Source: the human T2T-CHM13v2.0 reference genome, Homo sapiens. From it: DNA of 64,000 nt. The position numbers and the translations under genes were made by a program. The notes under the pieces were generated by a model. It had not been told where the DNA came from. It did not search any database and saw only the letters and a list, made by a program, of their open reading frames with translations. The DNA lies in assembly GCF_009914755.1 (NCBI RefSeq), contig NC_060926.1. One strand, written 5' to 3'. Positions 62,461 to 64,000 of the stretch are shown here, one piece after another (the first letter of the stretch is position 1; each line of letters starts with the position of its first letter).

Positions 62461-63326
62461 TTTTCTTTGGAGATATGTCTATCCAAGTTCTTTGTCCAGT
62501 TTTCAATCAGGTTTTTTGTTGTTGAGTTGTAGGAGTTCTTTATAATATTATGAGTAGTAATGTCTTGTTAGATATATGATTTGCAAATATTTTCTCCCTT
62601 CCTATAGGTTGCTTTTTCACTCTGTTTTTTTTTAGTGTATATTATCTTTTATTTACCTATGTAGTGACTTTAATCAGTGCTCATTATTTCTTTGTGTGGA
62701 TTCCATTCATTCTGTTGATAATGTCTTCTGATGGACAAAAGTTTTTAATTTTGATGAAGTTTGATTTTTTAATTTTCTTACTGCCTGTGCTTTTGGTGTC
62801 ATATATAGTTTTCATTTTGTAGTTTCCTTTAAGTCTTCTGGCTTTTGTGTTTTGTTAGGGAGGCCATCTACATCATAAGATTATAAAAATATTCTCTGAA
62901 ATTTTCTTCAAATACTATTGTAATTTTTTTAAACATTTGGTTCTATAATCTCATCTGGAATTTAGTTTTGTGTATGATGTGAGGTAAAATTCCAAATTTA
63001 TTTTTTCTATGTGGATATTCATTTGTTCAAACCAAATGTATTAGTTTATTTTTTCTTCACTGTTCTGAAATACAACCTCTACCATATACTGTATCCACAT
63101 ATGTAAGTATGTCTATTTCTGAATACTCTATTATGTCTCACTGATTTGTGAGTTTCTGCTTTAATTATTTTATAGTTATGTTTTGATTTCTGATAGGGCA
63201 GGTCCCTTCTGATTATTCTCTGTAAATTTTTTCTTGAGTGTTTTTATTTATTCTTCCAGATGAACGTTTGAATCTACATATTGGATTTTTAGAAATACAG
63301 TAGTATATTACAGTTTACCCAGGATT

Positions 63327-63835
63327 TGTTTTAATCAGGTTTGGTAAGACATGCAGACGTGGACATAATTATCATGAAGGAAATGTTTAGACTTATATAT
63401 CCCTAGAAACGGCTATTATACAATGCCACTCAGAGCCACATGGGGAAGACCAAGATTGGGCAAGAGGCAGAACCAGGGAGCATGGCCCAGTGCCTTTATT
63501 GGGGTTTTCACAGGATCGAATGGGTGAGGTAGGGTAGGTATGTTGAATAAGTTTAGGATTGGAGAGTTTGAGTAATTTTGGTGGGCTCTGGGTTATAGCT
63601 GCGGCCCCTAATTATCTGATATCTAGCCCTAGGCAGATTTAGGCTGGCAGGAATATTGGCTTGGTGTGTGAGAGTTAGTTACAGGAGATGGTTGGGGATG
63701 TGTGGTCTGGATTGGTTGACTTAAATATCAAAGGTGCACTTGCAAAGAAATCCTTTGTCTTCTCTAGGAATTAGCTAGCCCTGAGAGGGGCAATCTAAGA
63801 TGAAGACTCCAAAATGCCAGAGTATCAAGAATACA
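63327..63835. mobile_element. ERVL-class LTR (MER76-like)
   Basis: agacatgcagacgtgg...atccctagaaac...gccacatggggaag...gcctttattg...aggattgg resembles my recollection of the MER76 group; interrupts the L1. Confidence 0.55.
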
Positions 63836-63965
63836 GGGGGAAAAAAAAGTCAAAACAAGCTATGATTTTTTTTTTTTGACTGAGGTTGCATTGACTTATA
63901 GAGTAATTTGATAATGAAATGACATCATTACTACAGAGTGCTCCCATCTAGGAAAATGATATGTC

Positions 63966-64000
63966 TTATTAATTAATTAATTAATTAATTGAGATGGAGT
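63966..64000 (-). mobile_element. Alu 3' end with (TAAT)n tail, cut by the window edge
   Basis: taattaattgagatggagt. Confidence 0.7.

Larger units (their letters stand above)
61205..63300 (-). mobile_element. L1MB (3'UTR plus ORF2 end) with internal minisatellites
   Basis: aagtatacaattcagtggcactaagta...gtgcaaccatcaccaccatccatc; gatttgcaaatattttctccc; resumes about 63860. Confidence 0.85.

Overview
Human (primate) non-coding DNA, most likely part of a large intron of a gene transcribed on the + strand. I cannot identify the host gene, and I found no supportable protein-coding exon, tRNA, rRNA or CRISPR array. About half the window is interspersed repeat: roughly 38 Alu-family elements (including an AluYb8, a human-lineage subfamily), L1s of several ages (a decayed 5.2-kb L1PB/MA-type copy and a twin-primed L1PA), MaLR/ERVL LTRs, L2, L3/CR1, MIR, MER5A and a MADE1 end. 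The ORFs I could trace are Alu-, L1- or low-complexity artefacts. The strongest unexplained structures are four local rearrangements. (1) A ~350-bp inverted duplication of apparently unique sequence (56498-56845 / 57446-57798) whose second copy interrupts an L2 and could form a long dsRNA hairpin. (2) A ~170-bp direct duplication (33957 / 35113) carrying branch point, acceptor, micro-exon and donor signals, with stops in all three frames of copy 1. (3) A palindrome-rewritten AluJ next to a nested inverted AluY. (4) Higher-order minisatellites arising inside an L1MB. Several multi-kb blocks with no recognisable repeat may be conserved regulatory DNA. Subfamily calls and old-repeat boundaries are by eye and approximate.
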